Positions 13,301 through 27,480 of a stretch of DNA of 64,000 nt are shown here, piece after piece. This DNA comes from the human T2T-CHM13v2.0 reference genome, Homo sapiens: assembly GCF_009914755.1 (NCBI RefSeq), contig NC_060944.1; one strand, written 5' to 3'. Positions within the stretch are counted from its first letter, which is position 1, and each line of letters opens with the position of its first letter. The translations under genes and the position numbers were made by a program. The notes under the pieces were generated by a model. The model saw nothing but the letters and a program-made list of their open reading frames with translations. It did not search any database and had not been told where the DNA came from.

Positions 13301-16127
13301 GGGAAATTATCCTGAAAAACCATTTTGGTGACGTCTATAGTGGGTGGCCCAAGAAGGGGCTGGTTTAAGGAAAGAAACACTGTGCACATTTGTGGGTAGA
13401 GGGAACAGAGAACAGAGAAGGGAAACTTGAAGATGCAAAAGAGATTCATAAAAGGCACCGCAGTTCCTCTGCCATGACGATACACTGTTGAAGTGAAGAG
13501 CTTTGCAAGTCCACCTGACACATGTGTACGCCTCTGAGATCGCACATGTGAAAGACAACATGCCGATACGCCTAACCAGGCAATGCTGAAAATGTGCGCC
13601 TCTGTATCCCAGACCAGGGCTGCCAGAGGTCTCAGAGCACCAGCCTGTCTGCCATGCTCAGCTCTCTGTTGCAGTGCATTTTCTTTTCTAGGTCTCCAAC
13701 CCAGTGGTATAGTCCTTCCTTCCCTTATTTCTCTCCCTGACATTTCCCTCCTTATTCCTCCCCAAGTTGCTTTAATTTAAGCAGCAGTTGCCATCAAAGA
13801 AAGAATTCTGGGCGTGGATTTAGCTGACAAAATAACAAAGCAGACCAAGATTTATATAAAGATTAATTGAAATGTTATCAACAATTTACATGGAAAAAAA
13901 AGGAAATAGTTCTGAGTGTCTTTAATGATTAGTCAAAAGTTAAATCAATAATGATATAAACATAAAATGAAGAATCATATTCAACGGCGTGAGAAAAAGC
14001 ACACAATTAAATGTTTAAAAAAAGTAGAAACTGTATATCTAGTGCAATCTCAATTCTGTTTTTTAAATACTCTATATAATGCATAATTACAATATCTGAT
14101 GTACACTTAAATATATGTACTTAAAATATAAGCAAATATTACAAATATAAACCAATCATGTTTTCTTGGTGAAAAGATTATGAATACTTGTGATTACTTT
14201 ATTCATTTCTGAATGTGTTACTTTTTATAATAAGCATTTCACTTTATAATGGGAGTAACTACCTATTTAAAATAATTTTTTCAATCTACACTGGTTATAG
14301 CAATTGTTTTACTTCTGCTTTGCTTCTATCAATCTGTGGTTCATTTCAATTTATTTCCAACAATGATGACAATTAACCTTAGGTCATGAGATACGGGAGT
14401 TGCTGGTGATGGTTAAACATACGGTGTCACTGACTTGGAAGCCAGCCATTGCAGGTTAAGAGTCATGGTCTGTGATAAAAGGAGGGTATGGAAGTTCCTT
14501 ATCTGGAAACAGTTCACACATACACACATTCAGTCAAGAATTATTCCCTTAAACACCTACTTAGAAGTTGGAATACAGTACTGAAAAAACCAGACTCTTC
14601 CACTTACCACTAAATACAGAGACCAAGAGTAGACAGTTGTACAAACAGATATAATCACCAACTACTTAAAGTGCTAACAAGAAAAGATAGAGGATGCTAT
14701 GAATAAGTAGCCCAGGAGGTAAAATTTGGACTGAGTTTGGTAAATCCTCTTTGAGGAAGTGACATTTACATGGAGATTTTGGAGACAATGTAGGATTTGG
14801 TCATGTGAAGAGCCGGTGGACAAATGGACAAGTGTTCTAGAAGGAGAGAATAGCATATGCAAAGATCCAGAAGCAAAAATGAATGTGTACAACTGGAAAC
14901 CTTGACTGAATTAGCAACATGTTCTAATCAAATGAGTTAACAAATTACAGAGCCGGTGACACGTAATCAAGTTAATATGTTACTGCCAAGGAAAATCATG
15001 CTACCATGTAGGACTAGGAGGAAACCTACTTTCTCCCACCATTGCCTGTAACTGCCATTCATCATTTCACCAGAACAGTCTCATTTGCTCAGCTGACCTT
15101 GACAATTCAGTTTTAGATTGTGTGGTTATAAAATGGCTGAAGCAAAATGCATCCCACCACTCAGACAATACAATCTGAAGTAACTGAATAAAGACAGATT
15201 GTTCTTTGAATTTAAGAGCTCATCTCCCCACCTACTTTGAAAACAGAAAACACCCGAAGCTCATCAGTTAAAGTGGCTCACAGTGGAATAATATTCACGG
15301 ACAAAAAGGAAAAAAGCAAGTCTCCAATTAACACTAATCTCAGTTAATGGAGGAAGAAGCCCACTTCTTTCAGTTGCTTTCATCACATGTTCCCCAAGAT
15401 TGTGTATCTTAACAAGCTATTTAAGGCAATCTATAGCCAACTGTAAAGTTAGTAAATGGTCCATAAAAACGCAAGACAACTGAGACCAAAAACTGGAGAA
15501 GAAACCAGCCTTGCAGCAAACTAAACTTTTGAAAAATGGTAAGGCCCAATAAAATAAACCAGTAGAGATAAACACAGTAAATAACCATCAACTAAAACAC
15601 AGGCTAACTACCAAGTTACCAGCAACATAAATACTGCCAACTCCATGTATAAAAAGTCCATGCTCAAGGTGAGCAAGAAAAAAAAAAGGATAAGACAAAT
15701 TATAAAGTAGCAGCGAGTGAGTGAGAAGAGAAAAGTGTGCTTGCAAGGGAATGTGGTCTTCTTCCCTCCCAGGACACGCAGTGGGGACCATGACCTCACA
15801 TGAAGGTGCAAACCTTGTTGAGAATATCTCCAGCTACCAGCAGATTCTGTTTCTGAAGCCCTTTCTACATTGTTAGAAAGCAAAGGGGAAAAGTGCATTC
15901 CCCTTAGTTCATGTTTATTAGACGTCTAAGTTCCAGGTATGCTGCTGTGCACTGAGTAAACAACAAACTAGATTCTATGTCTGTTTTCTGGAAGTGTACA
16001 GTCGTGGACAGCAAAGCTAAGGCTCAGTACAACAAAGGGCATACCCCTGTCATCGGTGTCTTCTTACTCTCTGCCTAATGTGATGTATTCATCCTCCCAG
16101 TTTAGTCAAGGCAGAAAGGAGATGAGG

Positions 16128-16416
16128 AAGGGGAGAGGAGGGGAGAGGAGGGAAGAGGAGGGGAGGGGAGGGGAGAGGAGGAGAGGGGAGGAGAGGGGAG
16201 GCCAAGGGAGGGGAGGGGAGGGGAGGAGAGGGGAGGCCAAGGGAGGGGAGGGGAGGGGAGGAGAGGGGAGGCCAAGGGAGGGGAGGGGAGGGGAGGAGAG
16301 GGGAGGCCAAGGGAGGGGAGGGGAGGAGAGGGGAGGCCAAGGGAGGGGAGGGGAGGGGAGGAGAGGGGAGGCCAAGGGAGGGGAGGGGAGGGGAGGAGAG
16401 GGGAGGCCAAGGGAGA
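16128..16416. repeat. Polypurine minisatellite built from (GGGGA)n, 35-bp unit GCCAAGGGAGGGGAGGGGAGGGGAGGAGAGGGGAG
   Basis: GCCAA anchors at 16201, 16236, 16271, 16306, 16336, 16371 and 16406 give periods 35, 35, 35, 30, 35, 35. Confidence 0.95.
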
Positions 16417-17146
16417 AGATATGAAAGAAATAGGGAAGGAGTGGGACACAGGGAGGAAAACAAAACTATTTCCTTTCATATAAATGTTGTCATCTGGGGA
16501 GAAGCCCTCACTATCTCCTTGGTGCCTTTGGCTTTTGGTATTCAAATCCCAGAACTCTACATTTGGAATCTAGTTCTTTCAAGCTTTACATTCCAGAAAT
16601 CCATTTCCATTCTTAATCTGAAAGCACCAGGAAGGCGGATGCTAATCTCATAGAGCATTCTAGTACAGCAAGTAGCTCAGCACAGAACTAATTAGGAGCT
16701 TGGTGAGTCTTTGGTGATGACCAGGATGGCCAGGACTTGCTTTTAGAGACAGCCACTGTTAGCCAGATTCCCTAGACTCTAGGGCCTGTGAATACAGCCT
16801 AGAACTGTGTCTAGGAGGGTGTAATTATATCGACACATTCAACACTCTAAGGAGGCCCATTTTCAGCTTGAAAAAATAAATAAATAAAAAGGATAGTCTC
16901 ATCTATCAGTGGGAATGATGGTGATATATGTATAAACAATCTGTAAAATAATTTGTGAACATGCATCGAGAGCCTTAAAACTATATGTACTCTGGCCTGG
17001 CAATTCTACAGCTACTTCCTCCCCGCTGAGGAATTAATCATGAGAAAATGCAAAGATTCAGCTACAAAGCTCTTCAGCCCAATAACTTGTGATAGTTAAA
17101 AAACAGACAACAAAATGCCTACCACTAGACGTTAAATAAGGTACGG

Positions 17147-17391
17147 CAGGGGTACCCAGTCCCCAGGCTGCGGACTGGTACCAGCATTCGATTTGCATAG
17201 GAGCGCAAACCCTATCATGAACTCCACACACAAGGGATCTAGGTTGCGCGCTCCTTATGAGACTCACCTAATTATCTGAGGTGGAAGAGTTTGATCCCGA
17301 AACCATCCATCCCCCTCCTCTGTCCCTGTCTCTGAAAAAACTGTCTTCCACGAAACTTGGTCCATGGTGCCAAAAAGGCTGGGGAGCACTG
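17147..17391 (+). mobile_element. MER1B (hAT-Charlie) with internal deletion, nested in an old L1 fragment
   Basis: CAGGGG...CTG termini, ggatctaggttgcgcgctccttatgaga core, and 8-bp TSD aggtacgg (17139-17146) / aggtatgg (17392-17399). Confidence 0.9.
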
Positions 17392-20300
17392 AGGTATGGA
17401 ATAGTCATACAATGGAATATCATATGGACATTAAAATAATGTAAAAAAATTTATGAAAGAAAAAATAATAAGTGCAAAGAACTCTAAAGTCCAATATTAA
17501 TCCATCTTGGTAAAAGATATAAAATATAAATATATATATATAAATGTGTGTACATATATAAATGTGTGTGTACATCTACACACAGAGAGGGAGAGGCAGA
17601 GACAGAGAGATGGACAGTGGAAGAAACAGAGGTATGGGCTAGAAGGTATGGTAACATGTTAACTGTAGTCGCTTTTTTTTTTTTTTTTTGCTTATGATTT
17701 CTAAATTTCCCATAATGAACACATTAAAGTAAAAAATACATTTAAGTATCACTCATTCGTCTTCTTCCCCGATTGTCGGTGACTTCAGACCAACCTCTGA
17801 GTTAGGGGCCTTCCGTGGCTGCTGGGTCTGCACTAGCCCTGATGCTAACCAAACCCCCTCAGGCTGCTGCACTCCTTGGGATGATGCTCCTTCAATGGCT
17901 CACCAGAAACAGGTTTAATCCTGATTTTTGATATTCTAACTGGGTTTGAAAGCTAGAATTTAATTATTCAAATACATCCATCTAAATGGGCTCACTACTG
18001 GTTAGTGCTCAGAGGAGGCTAATGTGCCAGTGAAAAATTCTTTTATTTTCAAGACTGAAATGAGCTTGGAAGTTATCTAATTTTGCTTTGAGCACTTTCA
18101 AGAAGCTGTGAAAGCCTCTGCATCTTGCCAAATTAGCTGCCTGTTTGCAGTCTCAAAGCAAGGCAGAGGAGGCTTGAGCAGTCGGCTTGGTTTCTTCTTA
18201 AAGACGCTGCACCAGCTGAGGAGGAATGTTTCCCCTGCAGGAAAATTATCTCCTGGCAAAGACCCTGGCTGGGCACCTCTCCAATGTGGAACTAACTCCC
18301 AAAGGAAGTCACCAGGCTTCTCTGCCTAATCCAAAAATTCTCTGGCACCAAGTATCACGCATGTGTGCGTACAAATCATGGCTTCCAGAGAGTTTGAGGT
18401 GTGGGCCAGCAGTAATTTCCCAAACTATGTTCCAACTCTATGTGCCCAGTTAGGCTGATACAATGTTCTTGGGGAACAAGAACTTTGCTTTTAAAACTGC
18501 AAATCTTACTATAATTCAGACCACAGGGTATTTTTTAGACATGGGCTGTTTAGAAAATTAGTAGATGGCCTGCTGAACAGACAAAAATCACATTGCTCTG
18601 AGGATAACTTGGAGCTTACTGGATACAATAATTTGCAAACCAGTCATTCTTTTGGAGAGCTTTGTTCTGGGAAAAACTGAGTACTATGCAGCAATTTTTC
18701 AGTCAATTGCAAAAACATACTCATGTCTACACAATACCAAAGAAACCAAGAGGTATGGTAATTGTAATGCCACCAAACTTGTAGAAACACATCTGTGTGG
18801 GTGAGAGACTCACAAAGATAGGGGCCAAGTAATGTGGAGATAGAAAACAGCACACAGGGACCACTGACAAAAGACCTGGGCAGACCTGTGAGAGGGCAGA
18901 CGCATCCTTTGTGCTGAGAGCACATGTGCTGGCCAAAACCTACAGCTCAATGAATATTTGTGAGGTGCCCACTCTGTGGGGTCTTCTGGAGATTCAGAGA
19001 TAAATGAAGCATAGTGCCTGCCCTCAAGAAGCCTACATCAATTAAATACACAAACATCAAATGAACAAATTTGGAAAGAGCTAAGATACAGGAATGCACA
19101 AAATGCCTGCGAGAGGATACACGGGAAGCACTTAGCTCCAACTGGAAATGCACAGAAAGCTTCCTGAGGATACGACTCTATGCTCAGCTCAAAAGAGGAA
19201 GAGGACTGGCCAAGGGAAGAAGAGGGGGAAGGCGTCACAGACAGTATTACAGATGCAGAGGCCTGGAGAAAGGTGTGACCCATGTAAATCACAGGATAAA
19301 GTTCCGAGTGGAGAGTGACTGAAAATAACATTGGAGAACAAAGTCAGAGATGATCAGGTTGAGTTGATGCTTGGAAGTCACCACCTGGTAGGTACTGAGG
19401 GGCCAGGCCAGAAGCTGAGAAGAGGAGGAGGGGGTGACCAGGAAGGGCTAAGGAGGTGTGGTGAGCTCCTTCCTCAGGTTCATGGCAGGGACAGGACTCC
19501 AGGGACAGGCCCACAAGTCTTCCCTGTGCCATCAGATAGAGAAAGTCAGGAATCACAGTGGTAACCATGCCAATCGGAGCTCTGCAACATTTGCTGCTCC
19601 TCATGTACTGACCACATTGTCCATTTAAGGAAAAAAAATCTGTCCTACATGTTCTTTGGTAGTGATGGACGACAAGATTTCCCAGAGTGAAAGATCCCTA
19701 TATACTTGCTGAAGGTGGGGGCAACAAGAGGAAGAGTGCTAGGAGGACAAAGTACTCATGTAGAGCCAATTGCGGAAGGAAAAAAATTCCCAAGGGATAG
19801 AGTGGGTGATGACTGTTATCAACCGACAGGAAAGCAGGCGGCTTCACAGGGACCTGGGCAAGGGAGGGGAGTCCCAGCATTGCTAGGCAGAAGCCAGCAT
19901 GAGGGCTTAGCACAGAGGAGGAGGCCAGGAGGCGTGTTTGTGTTTGTGTATACTGGGGCGGGCAGGGAAGCAAACATTTAATAGACACCTGCTTTGTATT
20001 ACACAACAATTAAGAGGGTCAGCCCCTAGTTTGGCCTAAGAGGGGGAAAGTAATAAAGAGCAGAAGAAAGCTCTGAAACAAGTTTGTTTGAGTAGGAGGT
20101 GCCATCAATGCTTTTGATTCCTGTTAAAACTGGTCCTGGAGAGGTGATGAGGCAAATATGGGGTTAAGGGTCTCCAGACTCCGCACTTCTCAGCAGGGCT
20201 TGGTCACCTGCTGAAGCTACAAGACTGCTCACAGGGCTTGGTGACTATGTAGGTACCCTAGGAGGTGACTTACAATGAGATGCAATGCATTGGGAGCACA

Positions 20301-21337
20301 GGTCTGGGGTGACATGTGTGGCTTTCCCTAATTTAAAGATCTTCAAACTCATCCAAGTCTGGCATGTGAAAAGATAATACTACCACCGTCCTGATTTCTA
20401 ACAGGCTTTACAAGTGTCTTCCCTGTTCACTAAATCATGCTCTGAGATGACTGAGCCTCGGTCTGTCTCAATCACTCAAGCCCCAGCACAGGGCTGGACA
20501 AATGATGGGCCCTCAAGCACCACTGAATGAATGATGTAAAACGGCAGGGCTGTGAACATCTATTTTATTCAACAGGGGGATTTGCCTTCATCTTCCAAGT
20601 GGAGAAATATCACCTGTGACAGGCCACACAAACCCGAGCTTTTCCCATGGGGTGTCTGATCGTTGACGGAGTCATAGTCACTTACAGGAGAAAGTTCAAG
20701 GCCCAGGGCCTAGTTTTTCAAGGTTGTACTCATTATCCTCCCTTCCTCTTGACAACCTGCTCCTCTTCCTCCCATATTTCTGTTTCAGCTGGGTGGCAAG
20801 CAGCACCCAACCAGTTACTGAAGCCAGAAACTGGAAGTCAACATCTTTTCCTTCATTACATCCCATATCCAATTCATTATCCAAACCTCATGACTTCCTG
20901 CCCTGACTGTCTCTGTAGCTCACCCTTCTAGGTTCCTCCCACTGCTGCCTCAGTTCAGGCCCTCACCTCTAGGATCCTTGTGAGCTTCTCCAGGGCTTGT
21001 GCTGCCCAGCCAATTTCTGAGAGGTCAGAGCAATGCCTTTCAATGCAAGGATGAATGACCATGCTGCTCCTTGGCTACAGGCACTCCTTGGACTGACTGG
21101 GTTTTGAGAAACATGCAAATGAGCTAGTTGAACTGAACTTGGCAGAACATGAGAGAGGTCATGTAATCATCAGGAAATCCATCCAGGTTAGATTTACATT
21201 CATCATTTATTTGCTATACTTACCAGGGGAACTACATTTTGAGATTTTCTTTCTATATTTTTAAACACCATTTTCAACAATGGACACTCTTGAGAAAATA
21301 GAAGAAGAAAATAAAGATGAAAAGAATACAATAAGAT

Positions 21338-21990
21338 ACTGCCTCACACACATTTTGATGTGTACTATAAAAACAGAAAATCACAAGTGCTGATGAGGAT
21401 ATGGAGAAACTGGAACCCTTGTGCCCTGTTGGTGGGAATGCAAAATGGTGCAGCTGTTGTGGAAAATAGCATAGCAGTTCCTTGAAAATTAAAAATAGGG
21501 CTGCCATATGATCCAGCAATTCTACTTCTGGGTACATACTCACAAGAGTTGAAAACAAGGACTCAAACAAACAAGTTGGACACCCATGTTCATAGCAGCA
21601 TTATTCACAATAGCCAAAAGGTGAAAACAATCAAAGAGTCCATCAACAGATGAATGGATAAACAAAATGTGGTATATCCGTAAAATGGAATCTTATTTGG
21701 CCACAAAAAGAAAGGAAGTTCTGACACATGCTATATGGTGGATGAACATGAACCAAAGACATTATGCTAAGTGAAATAAGCCAGTGAGAAGAGGACACAC
21801 CAGTGATTCTACTTAAGTGGTTAAACTCATGGAGACAAAAGTTGTGTGCTGATTGTCAGGAGTTTGGGGGAAGGAGGGAATGGAAGTTATATTTAATGAG
21901 TACAGAGTTTTAGTTTGGCAAGACGAAACTGGTTGCACAGTAATGTCAATGCACTTCACACTACTGAACTGTACACTTAAAAGTCATTAC
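21338..21990 (+). mobile_element. L1MB/L1MA-type 3' fragment
   Basis: gaggatatggagaaactggaaccc, ccatatgatccagcaattctacttctggg, catcaacagatgaatggataaacaaaatgtggta, actgaactgtacacttaaaa. Confidence 0.9.
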
Positions 21991-22689
21991 CATGGGGAAG
22001 AATGTTAACTGAAGATTTGGCCCTGGAAACCCACCCCTCAGGCAACTAAAATTGATGGGCAATTACTTTCTACAGCAGGTGGCAAGTTGCAGGGGCCTGG
22101 GAACCAGAGAGAAAGTATGATGAAGTATTAAATAATTTTTATTTGAATTTGTGTCAATGAATAATGCAAGGGGTAGCAGAGAGAAAATGTGTACTTGAAG
22201 TCAGGTCAACAGGCTGCATAATGGTAGCGTCAGATGCATCCAGAACCACTGTAATTCAGTCTAAAACAGATTGCTTCTCCCGAATTCTCTGATTGCCTTG
22301 GCCTAGTTCTTCATTTCAAGATGAGGCCCTCTTCCCACCTATGGCTTAAAGATCCTGAACATGATTTTGAGATTATTCAAGTAACTGCAGCATCCCCTGG
22401 GACTTGCAGTATCCCCTGGGATTAGGCAGACAGATTAGGCCACAAAACCACATTCCTCTGCATAATATGTCTCATTCCAGTATTTGGAACATCCACGCCC
22501 AAAGAAATTTTAAAAGCCTTTCCCAAAGGGACTCAGGTGTCTTACTAAAATTTTATTCTTAATCTGTTTACAGAATTTTTATTAAGCATGTTATGTGAAT
22601 GACACCTTATACAGAAAAGAATAACACAAGGCCCCTGACCTTAAAAAGCTTCCATTCTAATAGGAAGTATACATAAGCAGAGTTCTTAC

Positions 22690-23480
22690 TCGACTGCTAG
22701 CCCAGGCCTGTCCTCCCTGTCTCCCCCATCTCAGGGAAGAGTGTACCACCTGCAGCAGCTGTTTAAACCTGAATCCTGGGAGTTACTCTTAATTCCTTGA
22801 TTCTACTTTGCTCCACTTCTATGGCTAAAGTGCAGATCCAAGCCACTATTACCTTTCACTTGGATTAAGGAAATAGCTTTCTAAATGGTCTTCTGCTTCT
22901 ATGCCACATTCTCCAAATGGCATACATCCTGATATTTGTATTAAGTACATCTTCAGGTTACTCTCTTGCTTAAATCATTCTAGTGGTTTGCCAGCTCTCT
23001 TAAAAAACAGTCAAACCCCTTCCAATTGCCAGCACGGCCCTACATTAGCTGGCCCTTGACCTCCCCTCCCTCACTTGTACCACTCTTCTTCTTGCTTACT
23101 ATATCCCATCTACTCTGGCCCTCTCTTCACTTCTCATTTTGATGCCATCACACTTGCTTTCCCCTTCAGTCTCAATGCTTTCCATTCTCCCCCTTTCTGT
23201 TTTATGAGTGTCATTTTCTCTCCATACAAGTCTTAGACCAAACATCCCTTCTTCAGGAAGCCATTCCTGATCACTCCATCAAACACTGTCCTAAGACATT
23301 TGATTTCATTTCATTTTCACTTCCTGGATTTATTTTTAAATTATCTGTTGACTGTGTCTCTCCTCCAACAAGCATGCAAGCTGACCTTCTCAGGATTACT
23401 GGCAATGGTGCCCCCGTCCTAGAATCCTGACTGGTTCATAGGAGGCATTCAGAGAGGATTTGTTGACAGATGAATATATG
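22690..23480 (+). mobile_element. L2 3' fragment
   Basis: Pyrimidine-rich L2 wording such as atcccttcttcaggaagccattcctga, ending gttgacagatgaat. Boundaries approximate. Confidence 0.6.
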
Positions 23481-24939
23481 TTACAAAGAAGACAAAATAA
23501 GGAGGAAAGAAATGGAGCAATGTACAGTGAAGAAGGGACATTGATTTTTGGTTGTGGGGAAGAAAGTCAGGAATAGCATCCACAGCAGAGTTTGTCTGTA
23601 CTATGCCCTGGAGGACGAGTAGGTAGCCAGGCAAAAATGCATCCCAGGCTCTGGAACTAGCAAAGGAAAGCCCCAGAGGCACAGGCTAGTCCACATGTGA
23701 CTGAGCAATAAAACAACAGCAGAAAACTGGAGCTCAGAACACCTGGAGAGAGGTCCAGAGATGAGCACAGACAGTGGACAGCCCGAGTGACATGGTGCAG
23801 GCTGGGACTTTATTTTTTAGACCATGGAAAGTCACTGAAAAGTTCTGAGGATGAAAACTAGTAACTTTGACCTGCATTTTGTAAACACTGAGGAAAACTA
23901 TTTGAACTTAAAAACTAAAAACAAAAAATGGCATTACTTTTAAGAGAACTACACTTTCTCCTGTTTTAGGGAGAAAAAAGAAAGACTTCCATCTCACGTA
24001 TATATGTAAGGCAAAGAGGGGCCCATGGCTAGTGACCCTGTGCTCAAAGGAAAGGCTGAGTGAAGATAGCGTTTTGGTTTTCAAAGCCATTGAATAGCCA
24101 TATTACATTAGCAAATGGCTTCACATTAAAAGGTACCACCACTGTGGAGGATAATAACGATAGTACCTGGATTCCAGGATTAACTAACTGGGTCCTGGGC
24201 CAGGAGACAAAACCAAGCCAGCACTCTTCATATCACAGACAATTTAACTAGACAAACAATATTTAACGGATGGGATCACACTATTTTAGCTGAAATTACA
24301 CTAAAGATCTGTGTATTATATTAAACTTAAACATTAGTGATTCCATCTTGGTCACAATAAAAGGCAACTGCTAAAACTACTGTAAGGAATTAAAGACCTA
24401 CAACAAAACGTGCCTCTGAAGTACTTACCATTTAGTTGCTCTGAGAATGTTCTCCCATTTCAGAGGTCTGATTGATATGGCTTATTTCAGGACAGAATTA
24501 TTTAATGAGCACAACTTTCCTCAATGACCATGTAACAAAATGGAAAGACCAAATAGGAAAGACAAAGGCTGACACAAGGGAGTCAACTGCTGGTGCTTCC
24601 AGAAATCCTGGAAAGCGGGGGTGGGGGCGCCCAGGAGTCCACAGCCACAGTGCTGTACTACATGGCTTTTTTTCTTAAGTTCAGGCAGGTGTTGGATTTG
24701 GGCTTCAGCTTGCTGGCCCATAAAATGAGGAATCCAGAAATGTGATCAAAGATCCCTCCTATGACACTGAAGAAATTCCTTGTAGGTATCTGCTTTCCAC
24801 AAACCAGAACACTGGCTTGGGCTGAAGGAGTGAATGGCTTTCAGCACACAGCTTGATGTTTGTGAGAAATCCCAGGGTTGGGGGTGAGGGAGCAATGGAA
24901 AATGGAACCAGTCCCCCAACTGCAGGAGGTGACAGAGTC

Positions 24940-25130
24940 AAAGCATGAGTGATGGAATCAGATAGACCTGGATGCATGCTTCAGCTCTGACTATGAAACT
25001 GACGGAGAGCAAATGTATAAATATTTCCCCACATGTAAAATGGGAATAGGTTTGTGAGAATTAAAAGATCACGGATTCAAGGTGCTTAACATAGTGCCTG
25101 GCATATAGTAACTACTAAATAAATGACAGT
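24940..25130. mobile_element. MIR fragment
   Basis: tgtaaaatgggaatagg...gtgagaattaaa...aaggtgcttaacatagtgcctggcatatagtaa. Confidence 0.75.
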
Positions 25131-25836
25131 TCTAGAAAATGTTGTTCTTGTTACTTCACTTGTTCAGCCATTTGATTTACCTCCATTATTTTACATGAGA
25201 TTATCCTGGTAGGAAAGATAAAATTATGGAACCTCTCACAACCGAAAAGGGCCCTCAAAGTTCCCTGTTTTTAGGCATTTTCATTATCACTGTCATTTTA
25301 TTGATGAAGCACTAAGGACATGAGTTAAGCTGACTGTCCAAGGTCACCCAGCCACTAAGTCAATTTAAAACACTCTCATTTGTGCTCTCAGCAGTCCCCT
25401 AGTGTTCGAAGTAGTGAAGATAATTTCCTGCTCCATTGGATGGCCTAAGAATCAGGCTGCCTCTGTTATAATTTATAAAACGAGATAAAAGTGCGTAAGC
25501 CAAAGGGATCATGCACTAAGTAATCAAAGTGCCAACTCTAAAATATTAGACAGTTATGAAAATGATAATGAAGCTTGTAACAACACTCACGAATGCTTAT
25601 TATGCTGTTAAGCAAAAAATCAGAAAATGCAAAACTGTTTATGTTGTGATTATAACTAAGTAAAATTATGCACATATATAGTAAGGGCTGGAAAGGAACT
25701 CGGAAAATGACGGTGGCTGATTTGATAAGGAGGCGCCGTTGCAGAAGTTTTATTTTTACCTTGTGACTATAATGGAGTTGGCACAATAAATGCAAAAGTG
25801 ATCATCACAGGGAAGGAGATGCTGCTGTTCACTCAC

Positions 25837-25925
25837 CCGGGGTTATACAACATGACTGCAGACAGGTTCTCACGGGACTTCGAGAGGTCGGTCATGGACA
25901 AGCTGAAGGAGGACAGAAGGCCACT
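25837..25925 (-). CDS. KIF16B: KIF16B exon, 89 nt, SGLLSSFSLSMTDLSKSRENLSAVMLYNP(G)
   Basis: gcccttag acceptor and GG|gtgagt donor. Phase 0/2 fits both neighbours. Confidence 0.96.
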
Positions 25926-27397
25926 CTAAGGGCAGACACAGGGCAGAGTGGTTACCTTAGCAGAGAAGAAAAGGCCACTGCTCTGGACTCATTGCTTCCA
26001 ACATGTGAGAGACAATGAGGTGCACATGCTCCTAATTAACACGCACCACAATTAACTGGTCTATCTGAGGAAAGCAGATCATGGGCAGTAAGGCCCTGAT
26101 ACATTTCAAACCCGAGCCTTCTCCTAAGTACAGCAGGACCTTGGCCTTCTAGGGCTGGGGAAATTCATCAGGAATTCCACAACCCAGTTGGTCTCCCCTG
26201 CCGGTTAAAGTCAAGGAAAGGGGTCACAATATCTTTGCCATCCTCCATTACCTGGCAGGCAGCAATCTCCTATAATCAGCGATATTCCCTCACACTTAGA
26301 ACGATAAAGAAGAAGGCAGGAGGGGTGAAGGGAGACCAAAAGTAAGAGCTTGACCTATTTTGCTTCCAAGGGAAGCTATTGGCAAACATGTTTTTTCCCT
26401 CTGTTCCTCTGAAACTGTGTACCAAAAACGACCCTCTAGGGAGACCCTGGGCTAGAGCAGATAAGAGGCTCCACTGGCCGGAAAAAGCCACCCAGGAGAA
26501 GGCTGAGGTTTGCAGCTTTCTTGCTATTTTCCAATTAGGGCACTGGCAACCTCGGGCATCCCTTATAAAGGAGACAGAAATGAGAGTCTGGGTAACCAGT
26601 GGTCAAGGGCAAACACTTCTGGTATTCAAGTCAGTACTGCAGCCAAAGCTCCCCATTTGCCGGCTACAGAACAAGTTAGGGAGAGTTGCTCTTGGTCTGT
26701 TTCTCATCTTGACCTGGGGGTGATAGCATGGGGGTATTAACGGCTGCTGCACAGATAAAGAGATAGAATATATGTACAAGTTTAGCACCATTCCTGGCTC
26801 GTAGAAATGTTAGCTGTAGCCTTTATTATTTTCTTCAGTCTAAGGACCAGCCACGATGTCCCTGAACAGATTTCTTTCTTTCTTTCTCTGGTCCTTAGCT
26901 CCTTCCCCATCAGCACTTAAACGTCCTGCCCTTTAGACGTCCCCTTCCAACCAAACCAAAGTCTTTCCCAGTTGTCCTAAACCCACCCCTGCTCTCGCTT
27001 CCCACCTCAATGAAAAATCTGTTTACTGTGGCTGATTTTGGATTAATGTGATTCCAATGTTGGGTTAATTCCTAACAGATGCTGATTAGAGGAAGTCACT
27101 CTCCACCTAATGCAAAATGATGCCCAGTTCCTTGGTGGGAAGGGTGGAAGGCTGAAGAGAAGGATCTAGGAGGAGCAGTTTCTCCCTGTCTGCTCTAGAA
27201 TTTACTTGCTTGCTCTCTTACTTCATCAGCCAATCATCTGCTGGGAAACAATCTCCCTAGAATCAATCCAGATCACAGAACTACTTTTCCACGGTTCTGC
27301 ACCCCAGAAAGTCAAAAGATTGGAACCAGAGTGACCACCACCCACTCATCCTCACATACGATCAGTGGTTCCCTCCTAGAGACGCCGTGTCCCTCAC

Positions 27398-27480
27398 CTT
27401 CCTCTTCTCCCTGAGCTTGGCGGCTTCCTTTGGATGGTTAAAGCGAAACATATTGGTTCTTCCCAAGAGAATCACAGCAC
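27398..27480 (-). CDS. KIF16B: KIF16B exon, 83 nt, (G)AVILLGRTNMFRFNHPKEAAKLREKRK (end of FHA fold)
   Basis: gtgttttcag acceptor and AAG|gtgagg donor. Contains the kinesin-3 FHA C-terminal motif LG...FRFNHP. Confidence 0.97.

Noticed and set aside
15814-15864. 51-nt minus-strand exon-like segment with a good pyrimidine tract
   Set aside because: Weak donor (gtttgc) and an in-frame TAG in phase 2. No supporting evidence.
16056-16545. Gly/Arg/Glu-rich and Pro/Leu/Ser-rich ORFs
   Set aside because: They are translations of the purine minisatellite.
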